IMG/VR virus record: IMGVR_UViG_3300028888_000007
Location: 1 to 64,000 of that record
Direction: 5' to 3' (one strand)
Origin: a virus
Lineage: Duplodnaviria; Caudoviricetes
Length of the DNA: 64,000 nucleotides
Part shown: positions 47,214-58,046 of the stretch, in pieces
How positions within the stretch are numbered: position 1 is the stretch's first letter
How the letters are laid out: each line of letters begins with the position of its first letter
The notes under the pieces: model-generated
Told to the model about the DNA's origin: nothing
The model's input: the letters and a program-made list of their open reading frames with translations, nothing else
The model's database searches: none
Translations under genes and position numbers: made by a program

Positions 47214-48379
47214 TGGCTTCTTTGAAATCGAATACATATGAACTTAGAGAACAGCTATATGATAGGCAAGGTAATAAATCTAGGTTACAAAGTGCAAACT
47301 GGAAGAATCCTGTTAATGCTATAGGTACTACAGTAACAGGAGTATTTTCAGATTTGTCTCAAAGCTTTATTGAGAAGAATGGAGGCTTAACTTCTGGAGA
47401 TATTAATAAAGTTTGGAGGCTTAAGATATTAGCTGACCGGTTAGGTGGACCTGCTACTGGTAGAGTGCTAGGATTATCAAGAGATGATGCTGCTACTGGT
47501 AAAAGTAATATACCTAATAAAGGTAAGTTAGTAAGAGGTAAGGGAGATTTATATAGAGGTCAGCCAACTACTAAGCTAAATGAATTAGAACATAAGAGAG
47601 TTCAAGATAAGAACTTTAAGATCCCAAGACCTATTGGTGGAGAGGAGGGAGATCATTATGAAAGCTTACCTATAGATCAACCTGATACTAAGACCTTCAA
47701 GGTATCAAGAACTTCTAAGGATAGGAAAGATGTATCTCAGCAGGCAAGTAATCATAGGAGAAATGAGATAATCATTTTCAACATGAACAGTACTGATAAT
47801 GGTTATCAATATATAACTCTTCAGAATAGGCCTCCTGAACTCGAGTTTCAAGGTGAAACTGCTTGGGCTACTATTAAGTCTTTCGGTAGGAATGTACCTA
47901 TGTACCATTTTACTGGAGCTGAGGATAAGATACAACTTCAAATCTCTTGGTTCTGTAATGATCCTGAAAGGCCTTGGGAAGTTATTCAGAAATGCCGATT
48001 ACTTGAGGCTTGGTCTAAAGCTGACGGTTATTATGCTGGCCCACCTATCTTACAGATAGACTGGGGTGGTTCTGGGTTATTCTCTAACGCCTTATTCATA
48101 CTTACTTCTGCTAACTATATCCTTAAGAATTTCAGGGATGGTTATATAGATCGTAGGTTAGAGAAACCTGAGTGGGTAGATGGTAAACTATATCCTATGG
48201 CAGCTACTCAAGAGCTTGTATTTAATCGGGTAAGTGGTACTAACCTGTTACACTCTTCTATCTATGATCCAAGTAAGTTAGAAGGTTTGTCTGGAGTTGG
48301 TTATTTGAGTGCTGCTCCAAATGATATAAAACAAACTAATGTTCAAGATGAGAATTCACTATGGCAGTCAGAGTCTTAG
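47204..48379 (+). CDS. Baseplate/tube-initiator-like protein
   Basis: Position; GPPILQIDWG pattern. Confidence 0.55.
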   Translation: MGIMASLKSNTYELREQLYDRQGNKSRLQSANWKNPVNAIGTTVTGVFSDLSQSFIEKNGGLTSGDINKVWRLKILADRLGGPATGRVLGLSRDDAATGKSNIPNKGKLVRGKGDLYRGQPTTKLNELEHKRVQDKNFKIPRPIGGEEGDHYESLPIDQPDTKTFKVSRTSKDRKDVSQQASNHRRNEIIIFNMNSTDNGYQYITLQNRPPELEFQGETAWATIKSFGRNVPMYHFTGAEDKIQLQISWFCNDPERPWEVIQKCRLLEAWSKADGYYAGPPILQIDWGGSGLFSNALFILTSANYILKNFRDGYIDRRLEKPEWVDGKLYPMAATQELVFNRVSGTNLLHSSIYDPSKLEGLSGVGYLSAAPNDIKQTNVQDENSLWQSES

Positions 48380-48630
48380 CAAGTCCTTATGATAGTGCTA
48401 AAATCATAGACTATCCTGATGGTAGTTATTCAGTAGAACCTACAGGTTTGGATGGAGCTATAATAACTACTTCAGTATATACTGTAAAAGAAGGAGATAC
48501 ACTTCAGGGTATAGCTCATGCTTTATATGGTGATTCAGGTCTGTGGTATGTACTAGCAGAGGCTAACAATATACAGAATCCGTTTGATATAAAAGAGTTC
48601 TATGCTGGTCAAATTCTAAACGTTCCTTGA
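48361..48630 (+). CDS. LysM-domain baseplate protein (P2 gpX-like)
   Basis: YTVKEGDTLQGIA...LAEANNI. Confidence 0.85.
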   Translation: MAVRVLASPYDSAKIIDYPDGSYSVEPTGLDGAIITTSVYTVKEGDTLQGIAHALYGDSGLWYVLAEANNIQNPFDIKEFYAGQILNVP

Positions 48631-48631
48631 T

Positions 48632-49147
48632 ATGGCAAAGTTGCAAATGTCAGAGATGCCCAGCATCTTACAACACGGTACAGCTACTCCTTACCTTGCA
48701 ATATTCGATGGGCAAGGTAATCCATTTAGGCACCCTATTTCAGGGGTGCCTCTTGGAGCGTATATAAGTAAATTCTCTTACAAGTTTGATCCAAAAAAGA
48801 ACAATGAATGTACTATTACTTTTGATTGTGGAGATCCAGATGTAGTAGGAGAGGATGTTTTTAAGGAGAACTCTAAGATAATGGTACAATGGGGTTATAT
48901 CTATAGCGACAACAGTTCTATTTCAAGTGACCCAGTTGTATTATATATTAGGGATTACAATGTAGAATTCGATGATTCAGGAGTTCATTCTTCATTAATA
49001 TGCCTTGATATCAAAGAGGAAATAAGAAAACAATTCCCTGTGAAACCTAATGGAGATGAACAAAGAACTCTAGATAAGTACCTAGAAAACGGGTGCGATG
49101 ATGATATTCCTGTTATAATAGAAAGATTTGATACTAACGATGATTGA
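48632..49147 (+). CDS. Baseplate hub, N-terminal part (gpD-like)
   Basis: IMVQWGY pattern; position. Confidence 0.55.
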   Translation: MAKLQMSEMPSILQHGTATPYLAIFDGQGNPFRHPISGVPLGAYISKFSYKFDPKKNNECTITFDCGDPDVVGEDVFKENSKIMVQWGYIYSDNSSISSDPVVLYIRDYNVEFDDSGVHSSLICLDIKEEIRKQFPVKPNGDEQRTLDKYLENGCDDDIPVIIERFDTNDD

Positions 49148-51269
49148 TCAAAAATTAATATCACATCAGGTTTTCGAAACTATACAAGGTGGTATATCAG
49201 ATAACCCAATGAGAAAAGGTACTATCATCTTTGCTAATAAGTTTACTGGAGAACCGGTGGAGATGTCAGAAGAACTTAGGGCTGCTATTAATATGGATGG
49301 TACCTTTATAGGTAATAATCCTATTAACCAGTTAGAGAAAGCTTTAGCTGGAGTTCCAGGTGGTCCTTGGTTTATAGATGTTAGAAACGAAATACTGTAC
49401 ATACATAACAGAGCTTTGGATCAGCCAGCTAGTTATGATTATGTATATGGTTCTGAGAATGGAGAATTACTTAAAGTAAGCTTCAAAACTCAGTATAGAA
49501 CTAAGAATGCTCCTCGTGGAGGTACCATGTCAATAGACCAGTTTAGTAAAACTCTACGAATGCACTCAAGTTCCCAAACATCGGCCTCAGAAATTTCGGG
49601 AGATGAGACCGATAGAACTGCTAAGGATGTACTTATAAGGAGAGCACGTCGGGCTTACTTAGAGGCTAAGGCTAATAATATGTATCCTACTCAACGTAGA
49701 GGTGGTGGAGTTGAAATGACTAATAGTGCTGACTTATCTAATTTCCTATCATATATTAATATAGGTCTTAGGAAAAAAGGTAAGGCATCTTTAGGTAATG
49801 ATATTAACAAGCTCTATGATATGAGCTTGGATAACTTATCTTCTTGGTATGATTCCTATGTTAATTACTTAGCTCAACAAACTCAAGCATCTTTAGATTC
49901 TTATCAACGTTCTGTTTCTGGTTCAGACCTGAGGTATCAACAAAGGTCTAAATCAAATGAGATATATCAATCTCAATCTTACGAACAGTTTAAACCTTTG
50001 GTAGCTAATTTCCTTGATAAGACTTTGGGAGATCGTAGTTCTAGGTATAGACAAGAAGTAGAGCAAGAATTAAAGAGAGCTTTTCAGCAAGGTCCAGAAG
50101 CAGTAAGAGAAGTATTACATAGATATTTCGATAACACTACTTACTCTCAGTATACTCATAGTGGTTTAAATGAGGTACAGAATGTGGATGTAGCTACCTT
50201 GATGAAAGGTGATGCTAGAATACCTCCGGCAGTAAATGGAAATGGTACAATCTACTTCACTAAATCAGATGGTAGATTTAAACAATCTGGAGAAGAGATA
50301 GGTACTGGTACTATTATGTCTGGAGTGGTTAGATTACTTGAAGCTGCTGGTTACCAGAACGTTACTCTTACTGCTTATGATGTTAAGTGGGGAGATTTAC
50401 GTAGGTGGGTAAGTTGTAAACTTAAGGTTAAGTATAGGCAACAGATGAGAAACTACAAAAAAATATCTGGGTATCAGTTCATGTATGATTACTATACTAG
50501 GTACACTGGATCTCCTCAAGGTAGGTATACTCAATATCTACGTAGGCAAGCTTTGGGAGCTAATACCTCTCGTAAGATAACCCAGCAAAGACTTGAGGTT
50601 GAAATGCTTGTAGTAGGTAGACCATCTTTGACTGCTAATGGTAAGGTTAAGATTAGTAATATAGGTAGTCGTTCTGGAGATTATATTATCGAAAGATGTA
50701 TACATCAGATAACTCCAGGAGAAGGCTATACTTGCTCTTTAACTCTATCCCAAGGTATACACAGTGAACCAGTCGGTACTGTTACTAATGATGTACCTAT
50801 TACAAGTAAACCTAAGGAAAAAGGTGGTGGTTCTGCTGCTGGTGGCGGTAATCGTTCTCGTAGTGATGGTCATGGTGGTACTGTTAGTACTTCTTCTACA
50901 GAGCCAATTGCTATATGGGTTACTCCTGCAGAACGGGCATATTATGAAACCCTACTCACTAGATCAGATGCCGTATCTGCTAAAGAAGAGTTTGTTACTC
51001 AGGTAAAATATTCTAGATACAGAGCTTATGAAAAAGCTAAGGCTGAAGGTAAATCAGATGCTGAAGCTAGGGAAGCTGTAAGAGCTATGAACCAGACAGG
51101 TATAGTATCTGTAAAAAATAAGCATGTGACTAGTGATAACTTATATCTTAAAGAAAATCTCGAGCCTCATTATCGACTTATACCTCAGAGATATAGGGTA
51201 GCTTATAGGGATGAGGTAAGAGCTATTATTCAAGATAGTGTAAATGGAATTAAAGCAAGGTTAGGTTAA
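49128..51269 (+). CDS. Baseplate hub, C-terminal part with long insertion
   Basis: VVGRPSL...GDYIIERCIHQI...GYTCSL pattern. Confidence 0.55.
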   Translation: MILTMIDQKLISHQVFETIQGGISDNPMRKGTIIFANKFTGEPVEMSEELRAAINMDGTFIGNNPINQLEKALAGVPGGPWFIDVRNEILYIHNRALDQPASYDYVYGSENGELLKVSFKTQYRTKNAPRGGTMSIDQFSKTLRMHSSSQTSASEISGDETDRTAKDVLIRRARRAYLEAKANNMYPTQRRGGGVEMTNSADLSNFLSYINIGLRKKGKASLGNDINKLYDMSLDNLSSWYDSYVNYLAQQTQASLDSYQRSVSGSDLRYQQRSKSNEIYQSQSYEQFKPLVANFLDKTLGDRSSRYRQEVEQELKRAFQQGPEAVREVLHRYFDNTTYSQYTHSGLNEVQNVDVATLMKGDARIPPAVNGNGTIYFTKSDGRFKQSGEEIGTGTIMSGVVRLLEAAGYQNVTLTAYDVKWGDLRRWVSCKLKVKYRQQMRNYKKISGYQFMYDYYTRYTGSPQGRYTQYLRRQALGANTSRKITQQRLEVEMLVVGRPSLTANGKVKISNIGSRSGDYIIERCIHQITPGEGYTCSLTLSQGIHSEPVGTVTNDVPITSKPKEKGGGSAAGGGNRSRSDGHGGTVSTSSTEPIAIWVTPAERAYYETLLTRSDAVSAKEEFVTQVKYSRYRAYEKAKAEGKSDAEAREAVRAMNQTGIVSVKNKHVTSDNLYLKENLEPHYRLIPQRYRVAYRDEVRAIIQDSVNGIKARLG

Positions 51270-51985
51270 TGAATGATTCTATGATAAGGCTTATCCAGGA
51301 GCAAGGTTTAGAGGCTACTGGTAGGTTCTATTCTATATACACTGGCATTGTAGATGATAATGATGATCCTCTACAAATGCACAGGTTAAAAGTATCTGTA
51401 CCTTCTGTAATGGGAGGTATAACTCAATGGGCTTTTGCTAAAGGCTCTCCTGGAGGTTTTAACTGTGGAGCTAAATTACTTACTCCTGATATTGGAGATT
51501 TGGTATATGTAGAATTTGAGTTTGGTAACCCAGATAAACCACTATGGACCTACAACGGTTGGGGGGAAGATGAGATGCCACAGGAGTTAGCTGATCCCAA
51601 TGTAATGGGAGTAGTTACTCCAAACGGTAACATAATTACTGTTAACGATAAGACAGGAGACCTGTCTATACATCTAAACGGTAACACTTCTATTCAACTG
51701 GATAGAGATTTCATAGTACAGTCTAAAGATTCTGTTTGTATTGGTGGTGAGAAAGGTACAGCTATTAATAAGGGTGAAAATGGTGGAGTTATTATAATTC
51801 AACAGCTTACCGATAAGCTTAATAAGTTGCAAAGTGAGTTAGAAAATTTAAGAAATCTATTTAACTCTCACACTCATACTTCTTCATCACCAGGTTCACC
51901 TACTTCTCCAAATTTACAGCAGGCTACAAGCCCATTTAGTAAGTTTATAAAAGATGATTATGAAGATAAAAAATTTATACATTAA
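51269..51985 (+). CDS. Baseplate spike (gpV/gp5 OB-fold)
   Basis: DDPLQMHRLKVSVP...PDIGDLVYVEFEFGNPDKP; C-terminal HTH metal-binding tip motif. Confidence 0.85.
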   Translation: MNDSMIRLIQEQGLEATGRFYSIYTGIVDDNDDPLQMHRLKVSVPSVMGGITQWAFAKGSPGGFNCGAKLLTPDIGDLVYVEFEFGNPDKPLWTYNGWGEDEMPQELADPNVMGVVTPNGNIITVNDKTGDLSIHLNGNTSIQLDRDFIVQSKDSVCIGGEKGTAINKGENGGVIIIQQLTDKLNKLQSELENLRNLFNSHTHTSSSPGSPTSPNLQQATSPFSKFIKDDYEDKKFIH

Positions 51986-52383
51986 TGGCAAACATTCTAG
52001 AAAAGGTTATAGGTTCTGGAGTATTATTTCCAATTAAACTGGAAACAAATTCTAGTGGGCAAAGTGGATGGTACCCAGTAACCGGTTCAACAGACCTTAT
52101 ATTACATAATATAAACTCTGTTATCCAGTACGAATTAGGTTTTCGTATTAGGCAAGAGGATTTTGGAACAAGGCTTTGGGAGTGTATAGAGGAACCTAAT
52201 ACTCAGGCCCAAGCTTTCTTAGTATATCAGTTCGTTAGACAGGCTTTAGTCAAGTGGGAGAACCGTATAGTTATTACTGGTACTAAGCTGTTTAGGGAAG
52301 GAACCAAGTTAACAATCCAGATAAACTACAGTATTAAGAATACAAACCAAACTGATACTGTGAGTGCTACATATGAACAATAA
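51985..52383 (+). CDS. Baseplate wedge gp25/gpW-like
   Basis: FGTRLWECIEEP...WENRI. Confidence 0.85.
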   Translation: MANILEKVIGSGVLFPIKLETNSSGQSGWYPVTGSTDLILHNINSVIQYELGFRIRQEDFGTRLWECIEEPNTQAQAFLVYQFVRQALVKWENRIVITGTKLFREGTKLTIQINYSIKNTNQTDTVSATYEQ

Positions 52384-52394
52384 AAATAAAACCT

Positions 52395-54134
52395 ATGAAT
52401 ATTACAAATCCATGGTTGAATCCTTACCAAAGGTCATACCATCAAATTAAACAACAGCTTATTACTGGGTTAACTTCCATTACTGATCGTAACGGTAATC
52501 AACTCATCACAGATGTATCAGAGGGTAATATCCTTATTATCCTTATTTCTATGTTTGCAGCTATTGCTGAGGTACTACATTACTACATTGATACTAAGGC
52601 TAGAGAATTCTTCCTTAGTACTGCTAGACGTTATACTTCAGTTCAGGCTTTAGGTAACTTAGTAGGTTATTATCCGAAAGCTGCTATAGCTGCTACTGTA
52701 GATCTGGTATTAACCAGAGGAGATAGAGCTAGTAGTGGTTCTAATACTTCTGGTACTATTGCAGAAGGTTCTACATTTACTCAAGGTGATTTAACTTGGT
52801 CAGTAGTCAATAAGATAGTAATACCACCGTATACAAGTCAAGTAAGGGTTCTAGTTATACAGCATAGATTCTATAACTTAGAAAGTTTAGTAGGTTTATT
52901 CATACCTTCTGGATCTAACAGTATAACTCTTAGTAGTAGTGATTTACCATCTGGAGAGTTATATGAACACGGCAGTATGGATTTATCTATAGGTAGTGAA
53001 CACTATACATTAGTAGAAACTTTTGCTTATTCAAGGCCTAATGATAAACATTTTAGAGTTATAGTAGATAATTCTGGAAACCTAGTTATCATTTTTGGTG
53101 ATGGTAAATTCGGAGCTGCTGCTCCAGCAGGTAGTAGTATTACCAGGGCTAGCTGTTATCTTACAAAAGGTACGATTGGTAATGTAGATGCTGGAGCTAT
53201 TACATACACTCTTATGCCAGGTATGGATACCACTAATCCATATCCGGCTACAGGAGGTTCTGATTATGAAGACTTGGAATCTATGAGATCCCGTATACCT
53301 CTTCAGGCAAGGACTCAAGGAGTAGCTATTACCAAAAGAGATTATGAGGATCTGGCTTTGATGGTACCTGGAGTAGGTAAGGCCAAGGTAGAGATGGTAT
53401 GTGGTAGAAGAGTATCACTATACATATACCCATCTGATGCTTCAGTAAACAGTGATCTTCAAGCTTCTAATATCCTGAAGCAACAGGTATGGACTAAACT
53501 GAACCAATATCTGCCCATTACTACTATTCTTAAGATTTACTCTCTTGGTACTTCAGATATAGTACTTGATGTAGATATTACTGGTAGAGCTAATTACAAA
53601 GCTCATGATATACTTACTCATATTAGAACTGCTCTGTATACTGCTTATAATTCTCAAACATCTAATATAGGAGGTACAGTAAGAATCTCAGACTTATATG
53701 CTCTTATGGATAATCTACCAAGTATAGATTTCCTAAGGATCAATAAGTTCTATGTAAGACCCTATATTATACCTCTTAACTATGGTATAGGTTTCAGTCC
53801 TCAAGCTTTTAACTTAACAAAGGCTGATCAGTCAGTTACATATATTATAACCATGTTGGCTAGTAATAGAGCTTCTGTAGTTTCTACAGATGGTAGGTTA
53901 GAAGTTAGTTCTATACCTACTACTACCAATACAAGTATTACTGATATGGTACATGGAGTAGCATTTAGTATGACTTTACTTACTGGAGCTCAGGCTGCTA
54001 CTATAGGTAGACCAGGTAATAAGTTTAAGGTAACAGTATCTCAGGTTAACAGTGATTATGTTGATACTGGTTATACTGTACCAATTTTCGCAAGAGATAC
54101 TGATTTAACAACTAAAATTACAGAAACGATATGA
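52395..54134 (+). CDS. Baseplate wedge gpJ/gp6-like
   Basis: FLSTARRYTSV...IFGDGKFG...AITKRDYE. Confidence 0.85.
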   Translation: MNITNPWLNPYQRSYHQIKQQLITGLTSITDRNGNQLITDVSEGNILIILISMFAAIAEVLHYYIDTKAREFFLSTARRYTSVQALGNLVGYYPKAAIAATVDLVLTRGDRASSGSNTSGTIAEGSTFTQGDLTWSVVNKIVIPPYTSQVRVLVIQHRFYNLESLVGLFIPSGSNSITLSSSDLPSGELYEHGSMDLSIGSEHYTLVETFAYSRPNDKHFRVIVDNSGNLVIIFGDGKFGAAAPAGSSITRASCYLTKGTIGNVDAGAITYTLMPGMDTTNPYPATGGSDYEDLESMRSRIPLQARTQGVAITKRDYEDLALMVPGVGKAKVEMVCGRRVSLYIYPSDASVNSDLQASNILKQQVWTKLNQYLPITTILKIYSLGTSDIVLDVDITGRANYKAHDILTHIRTALYTAYNSQTSNIGGTVRISDLYALMDNLPSIDFLRINKFYVRPYIIPLNYGIGFSPQAFNLTKADQSVTYIITMLASNRASVVSTDGRLEVSSIPTTTNTSITDMVHGVAFSMTLLTGAQAATIGRPGNKFKVTVSQVNSDYVDTGYTVPIFARDTDLTTKITETI

Positions 54135-57100
54135 TAAACCTACGATCTCTTATGGATTTGCTCCCTTATTATTTTAAGGAGCAAGATACATATAAGGTTA
54201 ATGGTAAAGGTTTATTGGAACGATATTTAGATATCTTCGGAGTTTATTTCGATAATCAAGTAGTTAGAGATATAAGTACTTTAGATGATATTATAGATAT
54301 AGATAAGACACCAGAGGTATACTTAGGTTACCTCTGGGAGTTCTTAGGTTCTATGCCTTATGCCAATCCAAAAGCTATTGACCCAGATAAATGGAAACAG
54401 TACTTCAATGGATTTAAAAGTGATTCTACTATTGAATCTTTAAGTAGGCTATGGCTCTATAGAAAAGATTCAGATGGAGATCACTATACTTTGACTCCAG
54501 ATCAGGTAAGATCTTTGGTAAAATATTCTATAGCTTTATTCTCTATCAGGGGTACTAAAAGATTTTTTGAGGTATTACTTAGATTATATGGGTTTGAAGC
54601 TAAGATCAGTAATGGTAGTACTTATCCAAAGATAACTTTAGAAGAAGACGATGATTCTGATTATTGGGGATCTGATGTAGATTACTATGGTACAGATGGT
54701 GACTATGCTGGATCTATTGATTCATTGTTTGATATTAAGACTGAACCAACTAAGATAGATTCTGAATGGTTAAATCTTGACACTGATACAGTAGATAATC
54801 ATACTAACTGTACCAGGCTTGTAAACGTTAACTTTAGGTTGAAGAGTGATCACGTATATAACGTATCTTCTAATGAGTTTAAACGTTTACAGGATAGGAT
54901 GTTTAATCTTATAAACATGTTCTTACCAATAGGAACTAGACCTCATATTATATGGGATAATGTTAATGTTGGTGATGGCTATGAGTCTAAGATTAATCGT
55001 TCCATAGAAGTTTATGTAGATAGAACTCCAATAAATTGGGAATCTTCTGATGATGTGTTTGTACCATCATCTGATTATCCTGGTTGGTATAGGGTATATG
55101 ATAGGTCTAGTCATTATGGAACCCCAGCTAGAAACTTTGACTGGTCCCAGTTAAGGTTCATGGTAAAAATTAAAGATACTGGTGGAACTCCAGCTTTCAT
55201 CTCAGATCAACCTAAGAAATTTGTTGTAGCTTTCAATGGTAATGACTTCTCTGATACAGAGTATGAGGATGGTCATATCTTTACTATTAAACCAGGAGGT
55301 GATAGTAAGTATTATCCTAAATTTAAGGTGAGTGTAATTTGTGAAGAGGACTTTAATCTTACTAACAGTTCACTTAATACTTTCATTATATCTCGTTGGT
55401 CGAAGGAGTATAATTATACTCTTTTCAAACATTATAACCATTCAGTAGATTTGGTAATGAGTCCTACTAATACTTATGTACCATTACTTATACAGTCAGC
55501 TTCAGTTAGGACTTATACTAATGATGCTAACCCAGATGATGATGATTTTGATCCGCAACAGGTAGTAAATCTAACTACAGGAGAATACCTTACTTTATGT
55601 GAGGATGGTACTACACTATCAGATAGGGAAGGTAATGATGTAGATTACTCTCAGTATGAGGACAGATGTATGTATGTTCAACATATATTTGAGCCTGGAG
55701 TATACGAGTTTGCTATGCTTAATAAGCCAGAGTATAGGTTTACTATTGAGGTGAAGGTTGTAAAAGAAGTTTTGACTTTAACCTTAATAGAGGGTTTAAC
55801 TGATAATGTAGTAGATAATGAAAATCCAACTGCAAGTATTAAGTTGAAAGTAACCAGTAATCTAGCCTTCCTTGATCATGAAGATACTCTACTTATTAAA
55901 GAAATAACTAATCCAGTAATAAGGTATTGGAACAATGAAGATGTAATAGTACTTGATGACCCAGGCCATTATCGGTTCTTTGGAGTTAATACTAACAACA
56001 ATGATAATGTAATCACTGATTACATTGATGTAAATGTACTTTCTAATAAGTACAATGCTCATTACTATCTAGAGTTAAAGGATGGAGATAAGTCAGATGA
56101 TGAATCATACATGATCCGTACTCTTATAGATAATAGGCCGGCAGCTGGAGCTACTGTTGCTTGGGGTTTTGATTTTCTTATCACGGTAGATAAATCCATA
56201 ATAGAAGCTCAAGATATACAGGTAGTAGATCCTAATGCCTTTGATTTAGATGTATTATTATATAGAGGAGGTAATCCAAATAGAGGAAATTTCCTTAGTT
56301 CATATACTGCTACAGTCGAAGTATTAACCGACGATCTTGGTAATCTATTACCTCATTATAAGGTTAAAGGTCAGGTAAGGGTTACTTGGGATGGTACTTA
56401 TACTATCGGAGAAGCTCCAAACTATAATTTCCCACCAGGGCTTTATTGTGTAGAGCTCCATGATAAAAATCATCTATGGAATGGTAGTCCGTCTTATAGG
56501 GTAGTAGATGCTTATGTTATTCCACAAAAGTTTGATGGTAACTTATACTTTGATGTAGATGTTATCAGTAAAGCTTGGACTTCACCTGCTGGTCAAGCCT
56601 ATAATATAGACCCTTTAACAGGTATGTATACCTGGGGTTGGTATAAAACTAATGATGATTATAAAAATTCTGTTAGGTTGGTAAGGTATGATCCAGCAAT
56701 AGGTACTCCTCAGTTTCGTTTAAAGCTTACTAATAATACTATTGGTTATACCAGAGTATATATGTATAAGCTGGTTGATAATGGTGAAGAGTGGGATATA
56801 GATGCTTCATACCCACATGTATTACCTCCTATGATTAAAGCCGATGGTTCTAACTATGGTATATCTAATCTACATTGGTTAAGTGAAGCTGTACCTAAAG
56901 ATTGGGGATTCCCAGGTGACTTTAATGATGATCCTGAAGTTGGGCCCATAGGTTGGGATTATAGCCAAGGTGATACTGGTATAGATAACTATACTAGTAG
57001 ATGGTTATTTACTGGATCCATATATCAATTAGGAGAACTAATAACTGGTCCCCAGGAACCAGGCAAATATCTATTTTTAATAAACCAATTAACAGTAGAC

Positions 57101-57529
57101 ACTAAAGTAATTAATTATGCGTATTTAGAAGTAAAAGAGGAGATTAAATATTCACTTATAGTTGACCCAGGATTAGTAATATTAAAGGGTACTGTAGTTG
57201 GAGTTACTATAAATGTCATAAGTAGTGCTAAATTTACTAAAGAAACCCTTGGAGTTACAGTAGTATTACCAGATGGTGTAGAAATAAAAACCTATAATTA
57301 TTTACCCTATACCTACAATGCACATCAGCTCGGTTCATATTTATTTAAGTTATACAAGTTTGAAAATAATAATTGGACATACTTAGGTTTAAGTGCTCCA
57401 TTTAAAGTAATTTCTGACAGCGGTATATCAAGAGAATACATAGATTGGGAATGGTCTGACCTTTCAGAAAAAGAGGTTATGGTGGTTAGTACTGATGGTG
57501 ATGCTTGGGAAATAAGTATTCAATCTTAA
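54131..57529 (+). CDS. gpI-like baseplate protein with large C-terminal extension
   Basis: N-terminal LLPYYF...IRGTKR gpI pattern; 1132 aa. Confidence 0.65.
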   Translation: MINLRSLMDLLPYYFKEQDTYKVNGKGLLERYLDIFGVYFDNQVVRDISTLDDIIDIDKTPEVYLGYLWEFLGSMPYANPKAIDPDKWKQYFNGFKSDSTIESLSRLWLYRKDSDGDHYTLTPDQVRSLVKYSIALFSIRGTKRFFEVLLRLYGFEAKISNGSTYPKITLEEDDDSDYWGSDVDYYGTDGDYAGSIDSLFDIKTEPTKIDSEWLNLDTDTVDNHTNCTRLVNVNFRLKSDHVYNVSSNEFKRLQDRMFNLINMFLPIGTRPHIIWDNVNVGDGYESKINRSIEVYVDRTPINWESSDDVFVPSSDYPGWYRVYDRSSHYGTPARNFDWSQLRFMVKIKDTGGTPAFISDQPKKFVVAFNGNDFSDTEYEDGHIFTIKPGGDSKYYPKFKVSVICEEDFNLTNSSLNTFIISRWSKEYNYTLFKHYNHSVDLVMSPTNTYVPLLIQSASVRTYTNDANPDDDDFDPQQVVNLTTGEYLTLCEDGTTLSDREGNDVDYSQYEDRCMYVQHIFEPGVYEFAMLNKPEYRFTIEVKVVKEVLTLTLIEGLTDNVVDNENPTASIKLKVTSNLAFLDHEDTLLIKEITNPVIRYWNNEDVIVLDDPGHYRFFGVNTNNNDNVITDYIDVNVLSNKYNAHYYLELKDGDKSDDESYMIRTLIDNRPAAGATVAWGFDFLITVDKSIIEAQDIQVVDPNAFDLDVLLYRGGNPNRGNFLSSYTATVEVLTDDLGNLLPHYKVKGQVRVTWDGTYTIGEAPNYNFPPGLYCVELHDKNHLWNGSPSYRVVDAYVIPQKFDGNLYFDVDVISKAWTSPAGQAYNIDPLTGMYTWGWYKTNDDYKNSVRLVRYDPAIGTPQFRLKLTNNTIGYTRVYMYKLVDNGEEWDIDASYPHVLPPMIKADGSNYGISNLHWLSEAVPKDWGFPGDFNDDPEVGPIGWDYSQGDTGIDNYTSRWLFTGSIYQLGELITGPQEPGKYLFLINQLTVDTKVINYAYLEVKEEIKYSLIVDPGLVILKGTVVGVTINVISSAKFTKETLGVTVVLPDGVEIKTYNYLPYTYNAHQLGSYLFKLYKFENNNWTYLGLSAPFKVISDSGISREYIDWEWSDLSEKEVMVVSTDGDAWEISIQS

Positions 57530-57542
57530 CTTTTATGACTAT

Positions 57543-58046
57543 ATGGACGAAATTAACAACAACACTGCTGTGAAGACAACGGTAATAGGGTTTTTAGCAG
57601 AATGGCAAGGCTTACTTCATGAGATGAGGTGGATGATAGCTTTAGCCATTATCTTAATTGTAACAGATCTTTGGTTCGGTATCCGTGCTGCTCACTACAG
57701 AGGAGAAAAAGTTCGAAGATCTAGGGCTGGTAGGAGAACCTTTAATAAGGTAGTTGATTACTTATGCTACATCTTTATAGGAGTTACTATTGGTAAAGCT
57801 ATAGCCGAACCTTACGGAGTAGACCCATTCGTTACGGCAATTACTGCTATGGTATTATGCTATGGGTTCGAAATAGATAGTATCTATGGGCATATTCTAG
57901 AATTACATAATATTAAAATTAAATATTCTATCTGGAAGTTGCTTGCATTTATTCTTACCCTGCGCTTTAAGCAATTTGCATCTGCCATAGAAGATATTAG
58001 TAAACAGTACGAAAATAATAAAAAAGAAGAAGACAATGGCAACTAA
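57543..58046 (+). CDS. Holin (phage holin family 4-like)
   Basis: IVTDLWFG...RRTFNKVVDY...EIDSIYGH; several TM segments. Confidence 0.75.
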   Translation: MDEINNNTAVKTTVIGFLAEWQGLLHEMRWMIALAIILIVTDLWFGIRAAHYRGEKVRRSRAGRRTFNKVVDYLCYIFIGVTIGKAIAEPYGVDPFVTAITAMVLCYGFEIDSIYGHILELHNIKIKYSIWKLLAFILTLRFKQFASAIEDISKQYENNKKEEDNGN

